A DNA stretch of 63,995 nt, filler included, from Circinaria calcarea (taxonomy: Eukaryota), in assembly GCA_051942165.1 (NCBI GenBank). It is 3 parts of 3 records of this genome, joined end to end, with 100 filler letters (N's around TTAATTAATTAA, not from the genome) between each part and the next. Parts side by side here need not be neighbours in the genome. Positions count along the whole stretch, not along the records: positions 1 to 21,410 come from JAVECS010000144.1; 2 more parts are not named here. One strand, given 5' to 3'. Position numbers and translations under genes: made by a program. The notes under the pieces were generated by a model. That model saw only the letters and a program-made list of their open reading frames with translations. It had not been told where the DNA came from and did no database searches. Shown here in pieces: positions 1-12,698 of the stretch; within the stretch, counting starts at the first letter, position 1, and every line of letters starts with the position of its first letter.

Positions 1-790
1 TCTCTCTACCGCTGTAGGTAGAGAAAGAATAGATGATATTCTTGAAAGAGGGGTCTTTTTGCCAGGATTGGCACAATGGGTATCCATGCGGTAACTGAAT
101 ACCCTTCCGGTTGTGGGATTGACAACCCCCCCCCCCCCCAACAAAAATCACTTTTCTCAATAGCTTGCAAGCGCATCAAAGCCATACATGCAAACATAGA
201 GAGTTATTAAAGAACCTGCAGCAATAGTAGAGTACATTGCGTTTGTAGCCTTTGAAGCCGCTCAAAAAATAAAAAAAAACTCGGAACGTAGTTCAATCGT
301 TTGGTCCGGGAGATAGATTAGGGTAGGGATAGATCAAGACCTTTGCTAAACAGTACAGAGAGAGCACGGCCTACCGTTAGTAAGGCGGGGATACATGGAA
401 ATCACGTTTTTCTCATGCCGATATGTCCTAGATAACGCTGCAAGGCGATGATGATACCGTTAGGAACCCCATCGAGTTTTGAGGAGGTACCTATAGATAG
501 ATGCTGAACGGTTGCTAGCTGGAGTTCTGGTCTTTTACATTTCCTAGAGGAGAAGAAGAAGAAGAAGAAGCAAGGGACGCTTTTTTTTCTGATACATGAA
601 TTATTCAAAGTATAGGATGACAAAATCGCTAAAAAGTAGCGCAAGCAAGGTGCCGTAAAAACGAGGCTTGCAGTGGCAAGATGGCGAGATCCCACTCAGC
701 AGCCCACTCGAACCGCAAATCCTTAGAATCTCGCCCAAGACTTTAAAATGCAGCAAAGCCACCCACATACTCGACAGAGACATACAGTAC

Positions 791-3700
791 CTAAGACAAC
801 AACTCTTTAATATCCTCGATCCTCTGCATCTTCCTCTCCTCCTCACTCATCATCCCCAACGAACTGGCAATAAACTTCTTCCTCTCCTGAATCTTTAGCA
901 TCCTCCCCTCGATACTCTCCGATACCACAAACCTCACCACCTTGACCTCCCCTTCCTGGCCCATCCGATGCACCCGATCAATCGCCTGCGCCTCCACAGC
1001 AAAACTCCACCAAGGATCCATCATGAACACGTTCCTTGCCATTGTGAGATTCAGCCCCACACCACCGGCTCGAAGACTAAGGAGGAGCACCATGCCCTTC
1101 TTGGCTCTACCACTGTCAGAGGCAAATTCGCTAAGAACGGCAGCTCGAGCTTTCTGCGACATCGCGCCATCAAAGCGCAAGAATGGGATATCGTCCCTGG
1201 CTAGGGCCGGGGAGATGAGGTCTAAGAAAGAGGTAAATTGACTGAATACGACAGATTTGGTTCCTGGCGCTTCGCGGCGGATCCGTTTGAGATGAGATAC
1301 CAAGGCGGCGATTTTGGCAGACGCGGTGGAATTCAGACGTCGGAGGGTAATGCGAGGCGTGGTGGTTGGGACTCCACCTGGAGGCGTGGCAGAGTAGAGA
1401 TCGTTATATTCGCGCTCTGCAGAAGCGACTTCGTCATCATGGTGGATTATCTCGAATATGTCGCGTTGATTGATGAATTCTCTGCAGTTAAAGCACCGAG
1501 GGAGCTCGTGCTTATCTTTTTGGTAGTCAATGTAATCGAGGAGGCATTTCTTGCAAGCGCTGTGCCAGCAACCTGTAACCGCAGGTTCGATCATAGGCTC
1601 TTCACTGCAGATCGGGCATTCGTTCCCGGCTTCGGATTGGATCTGCTGAAGAACGTGTACACCAAACTTGTTAGCATCTTGCTCGTCTGATTCCGAGGTA
1701 AAGCGATTTATCAGCTCTTGGAGGTCCATGTCATCGGCCAAGCCATTCGCAACATCTGCGGCTGCAGCGGCTTCTTCCTCCTCTGCTGCTATTGTTTTAT
1801 TTCGGGTGAGAATTGGATGGCAGCATGATTGCCGGAGCCGAAGAATCTGGGCGAAGATTGTAGTGTAGGACTTGAGTAAAGTCCCGGCTTCCATGGTTGC
1901 GGCAAAAGTTCGTTTTGCTCGATTGTAAATATAATCATATACCTCTCTTTCAGCCTTTGAAAGCTCAATCTCTTCAATCTCAATGATACGGGGCGGTAAT
2001 GGTACTAGAGCTTCGCCATCGGGTGTTTTCATATCTTTGGTCCGACGGAGGACAAGTGGCTCAAGAACGGTCTGAACAACGTCAAGAGCACGAAGAAAGT
2101 CCTTCGATTCGAAAGGTACGGTTATGAAGGTCTTCCAGAAGGAAAAGTTGGACCACGGCTCTACACGTAGGAAACGCACTAAGCTGAATAGGTCTTCGAG
2201 ACGGTTGACAATCGGCGTACCGGTCAAGACCCACCGGTGCTGGGCATGGAGTTCATAGCAGGCTTTCGCTGTCTTCGATTGACGGTTTTTGATGAAATGC
2301 GCTTCATCTAGGATGACGCGGAAGAAGTCCAAGGAGAAAAGTCCACCATGAGAGCCTCGATCACCACCTCGTGCTGCCACTTGATTGAACTCCGAAAGAA
2401 CAATGCCGTAGCTAGTGATGATTAAATTAGGGGCTGTAGCAGCACTGGCTTCGCCACAAAGCGTTTGTAGATTTGCAGCCTTTTCACTACCATAGTAGAC
2501 TAGAGTCTTGAGAGTCCCAGGCTTTGAAGCTTTCGCAGCCTCACTCTCCCACTGCGCTAGCAGTGACATGGGAGCTACGACCAAAGTCGTACAAGGTGCT
2601 GCCTCAACCGACGATGAGTTTTTAGGTAATCTTGGAAGACTGTTGACGGAAGTAGGTCCAGAATCAGAAGCATTCATCGATATCTGAGACCGATGTGAAT
2701 GCATCAGACTTAGCATCTCGATTGTTTTCCCGAGTCCCATTTCTGAGGATATTAGTTGATTATACAGAAGAATAGCGAGGTCACACTCACCATCTGCAAG
2801 GATACCTCCCAAACAGTGCTGCTCTTGAATAGGAAAATCCAACGAAAGTTCGCCAGAGTAGGGATTGACATAGAAGCTCTCCTGGTTTATAACGGTTGGG
2901 AGTTCTTTATCCTCGACATCCTTGACCGGCCATCTATATTCTTCCCACAACGGGTGCATCGATAGTTCCGTACCTTTAGCATTCTCGTCCTTCTCTTTAC
3001 CCATCATCCAATAAAGTGCCTGTTTCTGGTATTTCCGCAGATCCATTACAAAAGTGTCTGCGGGCTCTCGAGTGGGAGTGTTGAAATCAAACGACTGGGC
3101 TTTCTTGTACAGTGTATCCAGCTGATCTTGCTCCAGTTCTCTGCCTTCTTCAGCTTCTCCATCTACAGGGGGTGTAGAGCTACCACTCTCTGAGCTTCGA
3201 GGCTTCGTCTTTTCAACCTCATTGTCATGCTGCTCTGCAACCTCCGCAGCCTGCAGTAGCCCCTGTCGCTTATGCCTTGCAGTTGTCTCGTTAATGGTAC
3301 AGGGGTGTAGGTTGATCTCATCGAAAAGCTTCACCAGAGCAACCTGCCGTAATCTGAGATCCTTTTCTTCCGAAGTCTCCTTTTCTTCAAAGATGCCAGT
3401 TGTACGGTTATTATCCGCCGGTTTTACGAAATTCCCACTTTCAAAAGCCTTTCTAAGTAAAGAGCATCGTAGCTGTAGGTATATCGTGTCATTGATCCGG
3501 ATCCTGTCGGGAGCATACACACAGATACCCTCGAAATAGCACATCTTCTGGTCAATCAATGTTGATACCCAGTTTGCTGTTTCTTTGGGCAATCTGCCTA
3601 CTTCTTCTCCTTTAGTGTTGGTGAAGCGTACAATGATATCTGCGCGTTGCTTCGAGGCATTCATTTTCTGTACTTGAACAATCTTGCCTCCTCTTCCTAC

Positions 3701-4351
3701 TTTCGTCTGAGGCTTGCTCTTTGTTCGTTCTATACTGACCGCTTCACCATGCCTTACAAGATCTGTTCCGCTCCGCGTTGCCCAAGCGCCGACTCCAAAA
3801 GCGCCTACGTAGCGATGGCGAGGCATTGCATCCTGAGGTTTAATCGCGGCTGGTATCGGAGATGATTTCTCCTCCGCAAGTCTCGGTTCACCAAAAGCGT
3901 TGCTAGTTTTTCCTTTCCCAATTGGAACTGTAGCGGTGACAGAACTGCCAGCTGTTGTAGGAGTTGCGGCTTTTTTCCACGACCCATCCAGGTATATATT
4001 GATGGCCCGCTCCATATCATCTCCGGCTACCTTTCGTAGCCTATCTATTGTTCCCGGTGAAACTGTACAACCAACGAAGCTTTCAAAAAGAGCGCTGTCG
4101 AATCCTGCGTCAACTTCGCTGACCGGTCTGCCATCGTTTTGAAGGGTACTGATGTCGGTCTGACTAGACGGGAAATGGGCTCCATCTGTAGAAGTCTCTC
4201 TTGTGCTTGTGCTCGGCGAGGTCTCCGGTAGTGCATTAAGTTCGTCTGGTAAAGCAGGCTCGCGATAGAGAGTACGATCTTCTAGAGGAGGATCCTCTAC
4301 AAAGAAGCGCCGCTTCTTTGCAGGCCTCTGCTCAACATCTACAGTGCTCAT
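791..4351 (-). CDS. RAD5: DNA repair helicase / ubiquitin ligase Rad5 (HIRAN, SNF2 helicase, RING)
   Basis: HIRAN-like region (IVRFTNTKGEEVGRLP), GGILAD-EMGLGKT motif I after removing a 48-nt intron, ILDEAH, RING (CPIC...CWHSACKKC...CFNC), and helicase C motifs (LLSLRAGGVGLNL, QAIDRVHRMGQ). Likely start MSTVDVEQ at 4351. Confidence 0.96.
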   Translation of the reverse strand: MSTVDVEQRPAKKRRFFVEDPPLEDRTLYREPALPDELNALPETSPSTSTRETSTDGAHFPSSQTDISTLQNDGRPVSEVDAGFDSALFESFVGCTVSPGTIDRLRKVAGDDMERAINIYLDGSWKKAATPTTAGSSVTATVPIGKGKTSNAFGEPRLAEEKSSPIPAAIKPQDAMPRHRYVGAFGVGAWATRSGTDLVRHGEAVSIERTKSKPQTKVGRGGKIVQVQKMNASKQRADIIVRFTNTKGEEVGRLPKETANWVSTLIDQKMCYFEGICVYAPDRIRINDTIYLQLRCSLLRKAFESGNFVKPADNNRTTGIFEEKETSEEKDLRLRQVALVKLFDEINLHPCTINETTARHKRQGLLQAAEVAEQHDNEVEKTKPRSSESGSSTPPVDGEAEEGRELEQDQLDTLYKKAQSFDFNTPTREPADTFVMDLRKYQKQALYWMMGKEKDENAKGTELSMHPLWEEYRWPVKDVEDKELPTVINQESFYVNPYSGELSLDFPIQEQHCLGGILADGECDLAILLYNQLISSEMGLGKTIEMLSLMHSHRSQISMNASDSGPTSVNSLPRLPKNSSSVEAAPCTTLVVAPMSLLAQWESEAAKASKPGTLKTLVYYGSEKAANLQTLCGEASAATAPNLIITSYGIVLSEFNQVAARGGDRGSHGGLFSLDFFRVILDEAHFIKNRQSKTAKACYELHAQHRWVLTGTPIVNRLEDLFSLVRFLRVEPWSNFSFWKTFITVPFESKDFLRALDVVQTVLEPLVLRRTKDMKTPDGEALVPLPPRIIEIEEIELSKAEREVYDYIYNRAKRTFAATMEAGTLLKSYTTIFAQILRLRQSCCHPILTRNKTIAAEEEEAAAAADVANGLADDMDLQELINRFTSESDEQDANKFGVHVLQQIQSEAGNECPICSEEPMIEPAVTGCWHSACKKCLLDYIDYQKDKHELPRCFNCREFINQRDIFEIIHHDDEVASAEREYNDLYSATPPGGVPTTTPRITLRRLNSTASAKIAALVSHLKRIRREAPGTKSVVFSQFTSFLDLISPALARDDIPFLRFDGAMSQKARAAVLSEFASDSGRAKKGMVLLLSLRAGGVGLNLTMARNVFMMDPWWSFAVEAQAIDRVHRMGQEGEVKVVRFVVSESIEGRMLKIQERKKFIASSLGMMSEEERKMQRIEDIKELLS

Positions 4352-5209
4352 ATCTTGTTGACGTTTTACCAGGTAATCTTGCTTCGTGAACATCAAGGGA
4401 TCTTCGTTTGACGCGAATCTACCGCGCGCAGCACGTGCCCGAAGCTATTAACATCGAAAACTGCTTAGTTCCGGGCACGGTTGCAAGTTTCTCCAGTAGT
4501 CTTCCTACCTTAAACGCTGGCCAAGGCGTGAGGCCTACGAGGGGTAAATGTGTTTATGTTTTTCTTGCTTCATTTACATCACCTGTATCAATGGCATATC
4601 GGTCTCGGTTCACTCGTCCTGTCCTTCGTAGCTCACTGTCTACGAGTTACAACCATACGTCAATGATTCGTGTATTGTATTCAATGTCAAAACTTTTCCC
4701 GATTCTCTACAGTCCCTTGACAGCTCGAGTGGACTCTAGTATATAGAGATCACGGCTTGACGCTACCCTACCCCGAAGGCCCTAATGAGGTACCCTCACC
4801 GACCGCAGTGATCTGAGTTTGGCAGTCCAACCCACCCTGGAGGGTGTGGTGGGGTCTTGTATCGGTAACAATGCTCTTCCGCTCTTGCATCGGCCCCATT
4901 GCTCCGGTGCAGAGGTTGGAGTTGGGATAGCTAGACTGCATAGTTGCCTTGCGTGGATATCCGAACTAAGAGGAACGGGGGGGGGATGGCAATTTAGGAT
5001 GTGGTGTTTGAACAGGATGGGTAAATTTGGTAGGTGAGGATTGTGATCAAAGAAGTAGCCAAATTGCCGATGTCACTGAAGAGCAGTTGAATAACATTGT
5101 TTATATATGTTGTATACAACTCCCCTAGGTCCCGGAGCGTATGATCAATAGTCACGACGAATACGATGGCTATAGGATTCGAATCTATGACCCTATGCAT
5201 GTCCTACCT

Positions 5210-6616
5210 TCAAAAAAACTGCGAGCCCTCATTCTTCTCCATCGCAGCTGTATCCCGCTCTCCACCAGTCGGATAGCATGATCCAACCATTGATACTGGC
5301 ATCTGCTTGCCGCCTTTAACATGGTTGCTCGTCACCCCCAAGTCGTGGCTAATATAGATGGTATCCAAAGGGACGATGCGTTCCCCGGAATCTAATGAGC
5401 GGACTTCCTGGTGCTGGTGCGTACGTTTGAAGAAGCTTCCGCTACGTCCGGATGAAAGCGATGACTTGCTTGTCCGTAATCGGAAGGTGCTAAGAAGGCG
5501 ACTGCGTATTGAGCTCAGGAAGCTGTCGCTGTGCTGGACATGGCCGGACTGCTCGGCCTTTACGAACAGCTGGCGGAAAGAAGCCAGGCAAGATACGATG
5601 AGGGCTATCCAATTGAGGACTTTGGGTCAGTGCAGGTCCAATCCTAATTGATTGCAAAGGCCTTGCTTGCACTTACCAACCGTCATCTCCAGATTCGTCC
5701 AGAAATATAACCACGTAATATCCGCCTGTTTGCTATACTTGTTGACAACCACTACCCGCACAATTGCAAAAACCATGACAACTACCGTAAGCGAGAAAAT
5801 GCCAATGAGGCCAAGCTTCTGCTTCAATGGAATCCGGACGTTCCATAGAATAAGAACTGGCACGGATATAACTGCAGCAAGGTCAGACACTTAAACACCT
5901 TGGTGAAAGATCAACTCACTAGAGCAATCCGTGATCAGATCGATAGCCAACAGATAGTGAAAGGTATTTGTCTGGTAACTGACAGCACTTGGAGTGCTGC
6001 ATTGGGCTGTGGTGAATTAGCATCGAGACATGTGTGCAGGAGCCACCGACTTACTCATTATATACTGCAGATCCCCGATTAAACAAGAATACTGGATTGT
6101 CCCTATGCAGGTGATGTAGGTTGTGATGACGAGCCCGGTAACGCACCACCACCATATCTTCTGACCTCTAACCTTCTGGCCTAACCTTCGAAAGAAGATG
6201 AGAAAAGACAGCTTGACTGCCCAAAGACACGAGTAGAACATGACGAGAACAGCGAGCTGGCCGCGCTGCGAGTTCAGAAACGCTGATAGGACGGCAGACG
6301 TTGGCAAGACTGTGCCGTTGACGAGGGCGAATTGATAGTACATGCCGACATGTTGCGTTTGCCAAATGACTGCAGTCACGAAAAAGAAGACCCATGCAAG
6401 AACGACCAGAAAGTCGTCCCAGTAGAGTCTGCGGAAAGCTTTGACACGAACGAAGAGACGGAATAGTACAAAGCAAAGCGAAATGGCGGTTCCACACCAC
6501 AGAAATCCCTGGCATTGCAATGAGCTATCAAAATAGACAGTAGAGCTGAGTTGGATACGTACTGTAAAAATGGGCTCGGAAACCTTCGCGTTGTGCGGCA
6601 CCAATTCAGGAGACAT
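5210..6616 (-). CDS. PTH11-like (fungal rhodopsin-domain) integral membrane protein, about 5 exons
   Basis: Hydrophobic helices with family motifs RLFVRVKAFRRLYWDDFLVVLAW, LWAVKLSFLIFFRRL, LWNVRIPLKQKLGL, WTNLEMTV-ALIVSCLASFRQLF. GT-AG introns read manually; TGA ends at 5210. Confidence 0.85.
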
Positions 6617-7634
6617 CTTTCAATAAAGGCTGTACGGGGCTGGGTCAACGGTGCCTTTTCCCGGTAGAAGAGGTTGGTTGTGCCTTTGGAGCTCGAGGAG
6701 ACGAGAGATTGGGGTAAGAAAGAGCTGGCCATCGAGGATAAGTTATTAAAGCCCGGGATAGCAGGCTCCAAAATCTCTAAGCGCATTCGGTATAGGACTT
6801 CTCCAAGCATAGTTTGTGTTTCTGGTTATCTTTCAAGTATATTTCAAAGCACTGCCATGATATCAAAATCCCCAGTGCATTTATTGGCGGCGGCGGCGTG
6901 GTAAGTCCCTCCTGGTACCAGACATAGATCCCCGGCACGCAGTGTGTATAGGCTAGAGGGTGCGGTACGGAGTAGTGCTGACAGCTTCATGCAGTTGATG
7001 GTGTGGAAGGTAGCGGCGGTGTTGGTCAATGATCTTCAGATACAGCCACCACCAAAATGGCTGCCGCCTTTTAAGCTTGAACCTTATTCTCAATGTGTGC
7101 AGTCTCTGCATAATGACTCACTAACGTTGAAGGTGCGCGCTTCGTCCAAATCGAGGATGATTTGAAACGACTAGCTCCTCCAGTGGGAAACCGTATTAAG
7201 GCTGAGACCCGAGGGCTGAGATGTTGGATCTAGCACTAGAGCTAGGTGCATGCGGCTCAGCTAAAGCCCCTGCTAGTGACAGCGCTCAATGGTGAGACAA
7301 AGATAGAGTTCGATCTGACTGCATTAGCGCTTCGTTGGTTCAAGTCAATTTGGTACGAGCTTGGCGGTACTCCGTACTGAGACCGTCAAGGTTGTCGGTT
7401 GCTGATCGGTAGGCATTGCCAACATGACATGGTTCTGGACCGAGACCAATTAGGCAATATCCCACTCTCTGGATGGGATAGTTCAATGTAGATGGATAAG
7501 GCCATCTCGAGCCTTAGAGCTCGATGCCGTCCACTCGTCCTTTCGTTGACTTTGTATCAAACCCACCTCTCATATCAAAAACTAGAACTCTCTTTCAAGG
7601 AGCTCACATACTCTCAAAGCTCGAGGTCGCAGCT

Positions 7635-9599
7635 ATGGGATCAGACTCCTCTTCCCGCTATCTTACATCTTGGCGACTCGGTATAGTCATCTTCTCTCTA
7701 TTCTTGGGGGCATTTCTTACTGCACTGGATACCAACATCATTGGCGTTGCGGTCCCGGAAATCACCTCGGAATTTCGCTCCTTACAAGACGTGTCCTGGT
7801 ATGGCGCCGCCTACCTGCTCACAATTACGGCTTTTCAACCAGCTTTTGGAACCATATACAAGTTTTTTAGCATTGAGACAACATACCGAACATGTGTTGT
7901 TATATTCGAAGGTAAGACTCGGTGTCTGGTCTTTCAATTTCACCCGCTGAAAGTCTATGCATCAAGTTGGATCGCTCTTATCCGCCGCGGCGGTAAACTC
8001 GTACATGTTCATTGTTGGGCGAGCTGTTGCAGGTACGGGTGCTGCCGGCATACTACAAGGCGCGCTCAGTGTTATCGGCCACACCGTTGAACTTGAGAAG
8101 AGGCCAATGTATATGGGTATTGTTATCAGTGTCTTTGTCATTTCAGTCTGTATTGGTCCAGTTCTAGGTGGTGTTTTCACCACCCGCTCCAGCTGGAGAT
8201 GGGCTTTTTATATAAATCTTCCACTCGGTGCCGTGACCTTGGTCTTGCTCTTTTTGTTCCTCAAGATCAAAGGCTCCGAAAACAAGCATCGAAGATTACC
8301 TCTAAAACAAAAGCTTGAGCACATGGATCCACTAGGCTGTCTCATCTTTATCAGCACCATTACTTGTGTCCTCATTGCGTTGCAGTGGGGCGGTCAATCC
8401 AAGCCATGGAATTCGTCAACGATTATCGGTCTCCTGGTTGGCTTTGGGCTTTTGTCCTGTCTTTTTGTATACGTACAATGGAGACGGGGAGATAAAGCCA
8501 TGATACCGCTTCGTGTTCTTCGACAACGCTCAATCTACACTTCGGCAGGTGTACTTTTCTTCCTAGGCGCCTCGACTTACATCGTAAGTATAAGTTGGGG
8601 GAGTGTACAAGTGGAGCTGGAGGCTAATGCATATTACAGCATACCTTTTACCTACCGTTCTATTTTCAAGCAGTTCAGGGAGTCGATGCGATCACGAGTG
8701 GAATACGCTTCATCGCATTGATGCTCCCACAGATGGTCGCTTTGATCGGTGCTGGAGCTATAGTCTCCAAATGGGGACACTATGTATTTGAGAATAATCC
8801 TTACTCAGTGGTCTGGCCAGTAGAACTGACTATGAATAACAGGTGCCACTTATGATAGTTGGCGAGATTGTTTGTATCGTTGGGACGGCCTTGCTTACTA
8901 GATTAGAGCTGGGAACCTCCACGGCTATCTGGGCGACGTTTCTCGTGGTGACGGGTATCGGGATGGGAATTGCAATGCAGCTACCATATACGGCTATTCA
9001 AGTTGCTATACCGTAGGTTTCACGACCGGGCATTTTGAAGTAAACTTCTGACATCGATCTTAGCGAGACTGATGTCCCCACCGCAAACGGTAAGATTACG
9101 ATATCTTCTTTCATATCATCACTAATCTCTATTAGCCATTGCGGTCTTCAGCTGGCAACTTGGAGGGTACGATACAGCGACTCCTTTTGCTATAGACCGC
9201 CGCTAACTGGAAGTTAGTGCCATCGCCATCGCCGCTGGACAAACGATTACTATCAGTACCATAGTCAAGGAGGTTCCCAAGCAACTCCCAGCGATGTCCG
9301 TGGTTACCGTTCTTGCCGCCGGTGCAGCTAACTTATCGGAGTTTGCCACCTCTGCTGCTGCATTGAACACCCTACGGTTGATCTGGAACACTGCGGTTAA
9401 TAGAACCCTGCTTCTCTCGCTGGCTACTGTATGCGCGGCAATTCCATTCACTCTCGGAATGGAGTGGTTGAACGCCAAAGCAATCGCCAAGTCTCGAAAG
9501 GAGTTGGAGGAGAATCTGCAATCGGAGAAGATAGATGCTGACACAGAGCCTATATCGGAGAATGGAAAAGAGACTTCTACAGTCAAGGTGACGGTTTGA
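7635..9599 (+). CDS. MFS drug/toxin efflux transporter (DHA2/14-TM, AflT/GliA-like), multi-exon
   Basis: ALDTNIIGVAVPEITSEF, WYGAAYLLT, GRAVAGTGAAG, GPVLGGVFT..SWRWAFYINLP, ALQWGG..PWNS. Many short GT-AG introns. Confidence 0.92.
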
Positions 9600-10838
9600 G
9601 ACATCTGTAAATTTATATACATAACTCTTGGAGAACATTAAATGATATTTTACTGCAATGACTCCGTTTGCTTAAACCGCCCAACTCACTTTTCGATACT
9701 GTACAATCGCAAGTATTGGCCGACCGGTTAGCTGGTGATCCAACGAACTGCCCGAACTGTTGTTAGGCATGTCCTCGCCCAACCGATTGCAAACTCCAAA
9801 GAGGACCCCTGTCATTCAACGCAATGGGCGGGGGACTCCGTAATCAGCCACATATACTTAGCTCCTGGATTGCCAGGGGCCTTGAGAGGCAGAGTGATGA
9901 TAGTTCTAGCCAAATACATCATAGGACGCTAGCGGTTCAAGCTGGTTCCTCGGCTTAGGGCTGTGTTTGAGCCCGTTGTTGAAGCTTCGGAGCGTGGACA
10001 TGGATAAGGGCTCTATTCTATTCAACTAATGACCCTGATTCCTGATTTCCGACACAAAAACGGTCCATGTAATAAAATACCACCGTCCGTTGGTGTATTC
10101 TAGCCCCGAGCTGTCTGTACCCTGCACGCTGGCTTCAGGGCCTTATAAGCTATGCCCCCCATCTCTTGGTCCGTGCTAGCTTGAACGTGACCAACCTCAA
10201 TCTTGTATCCAAGCAACGCACGGTTCATTCCGCCAGAGAAACGGTCTAAGGAATAGGTAGCGAGTGTCGTGCCTCGAGGCTGAAACGAATTGACTACCTA
10301 GTAGCCGGGTGGAAAGGGAAAAGGAAGTACTCGGAATTACCGGCGTAAAATAGATTTGGTATTTGAATGCTTTATGGAATGAAATACTGAGTCCGCATAT
10401 ACTATCTTCTCAGTTCCAGCCCTAGGTGACCGATTCAACCCAGTCTGTCGCACAATCTGACGAGTCCTGGGATTGGAATCTGCAAATAGACTTCCGCCCC
10501 CACCAGCAGCGGCTTAACGTCCAGATTGTTTTAGAGCCGCATGTTATAGAAGCTAAAAAACGCAGGGGCGCATACGCCACTGTACTTGAAAGAACCGAAT
10601 CCAAGGTACCTTGAGTGATTCCCACTTGTCATGCCTGTCTCGCGGCGCGTACCAATCCTCTTCATGCATAGAATTAAACAGTTGGGGCTGAGCCGGAACG
10701 ACGGTATTGGACGGGGGGGGGAGGAGACTATCGCTGCTCGACCTTCATCGCCATATTTCCATGTTATGCGCTTCCTTTTCTGTCCCAGCTCTCCTTGAAT
10801 TTGCTAACTCAAGTCTTCACTGACCTGATTGCTGCATA

Positions 10839-12698
10839 ATGATCTTACAACTCCTACTCGGGCTTCCGGTCGCATGGCTCGTTTACAGCCTGGGCTGTTT
10901 GTTTACGAATGTGCGACGCGCTCGTGCTATCGGTCTTCCTGTGAAGCTGCTTCCCGTCAGTCCCATGAATATTCTCTGGGTCGTCTCCGAGCCACTCGCC
11001 TTTGGGATCATCGATAGACTCCCTTTCAGTCTCGGTAGTCTCAGTCGGTATGGCCGCAGGGCGTGGCACTTTAAGGAGAAAGCTCAATCCCACGTCGAGC
11101 TTGGGGACGCGTTCGCCATTGCATCGCCTGGGGAAATCTTCATTTACATTTCCGACCCGGACGCAATTGCTGACGTGTTTGTGCGTCGCGCCGACTTTGC
11201 TCGACCGCTCGAGATATACCGTGAGTCTGCCCGCTCGATTCACAAAGGATATTTTATTTAACTTACACCGCGGTCAATAGAGATGCTTGCAGTTTTTGGA
11301 TCCAACGTGTCCACGGTACGTGTCTCGCGCCTCCTAGTTTGGGTTTGACTGATGCCGTAAATAGGTTGGCTGGACAGACTGGCAGCGGCAAAGGAAAATC
11401 GTTGCGGCATCTTTTAACGAGAATACGAACAAACTTGTCTGGACCGAGTCCCTGGCTCAAGCGAGAGATATGCTGCACTCATGGACTCGGTGTGGCCAGT
11501 CAGGAGCGCAAGGCACAGCTCAAGATACCCGAACACTCTCCTTGGACGTCTTGGCTGCTACCGGCTTCCGCAAATCCTACAAGTTCCACTCCTTCTCTGA
11601 GCCCAGCAGCGATGCGAACGCGGCTCGAAGCTACCGACAGTCCTTAAAGACGGTTATGGATAATTCTATATTCATGATGGTGGCGCCGCCCAAGCTGTTA
11701 TCCTTGCCCGTGGTCCCAAAGAAATGGGCACGCATCGGCCAGGCGACGAGCGAATTTAGAGAATACATGATGGACATGCTCAACGAGGAGAGGCGCCTCC
11801 TGGGTCAAGGAAAGCCCGGGACGGGGAGCTTGATGACGTCGCTCGTAAGAGCATCAGAAGACCATCAGAAAGTGGGCTCGGACGGTCCGAAAGCGCTGAC
11901 AGTCAGCGAGATTTTGGGCAACATCTTCGTCATCAATTTTGCAGGGCATGATACAACAGCAAATACCTTGGCGTACGCTATAGTCCTACTGGCGGCGTAC
12001 CCCGAGGTACAAGCTTGGGTTGGGGAAGAGCTTGAGACTTTACTTGGCGATCAGAGCAGCGAGACTTGGAACTACGAATTTCTGTTCCCGCAAATGAAGA
12101 GATGTCAGGCAGTTTTGGTAAGCCTAACACCAAAGCAAGAGCTATAGGTTCATGGGGCTAATGAAACTTGTAGCTTGAGACAATTCGGCTGTACCCGCCG
12201 ATTATGGCCCTACCAAAGACTACTCATAATCATCCGCAATCCCTGAAAATCAACGGCAAGACGATTTTGATCCCTCCTGGCACCTATGTCGTACCGAGTC
12301 TACTTGCAGTTCACACACATCCAAAGCACTGGCAGCCGGAGCCTCTCGCTTGGAAGCCTTCGCGATGGATAACGTCAACATCGTCGAGCATGTCCAACGC
12401 CAGCACAGCTGAGAAACTCGAGCGGGAGGAACTCTACGTGCCACCCAAAGGCACGTACTTTCCATGGTCTGACGGCCCACAGTTTTGCCCTGGCAAAAAG
12501 TTCGCGCAAGTCGAATTTGTTGCCGTTCTGGCCGCCCTATTCAGAGCGCATCGCGTACGCCCATTGTTGCAAGAAGGAGAAGATGTGGAAAGTGGGCGGA
12601 AGCGGACCTTGGCCGTTTGTGAGGATAGCGAGCATGTATTGCTCCTACGCATGCGGGATGGGGATAGCATCAGACTAGTCTGGGAGCAGGCTCGCTGA
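10839..12698 (+). CDS. Cytochrome P450 monooxygenase (4 exons)
   Basis: N-terminal TM anchor, I-helix FAGHDTT, ExxR (LETIRLYPP after splicing), heme motif FPWSDGPQFCPGKKFA. Confidence 0.95.

Noticed and set aside
1..670. AT/TpA-rich low-complexity region with a poly-C run and GAA repeats
   Set aside because: Probably a decayed repeat, but no termini, TSD or transposase motif could be identified; no telomeric array.
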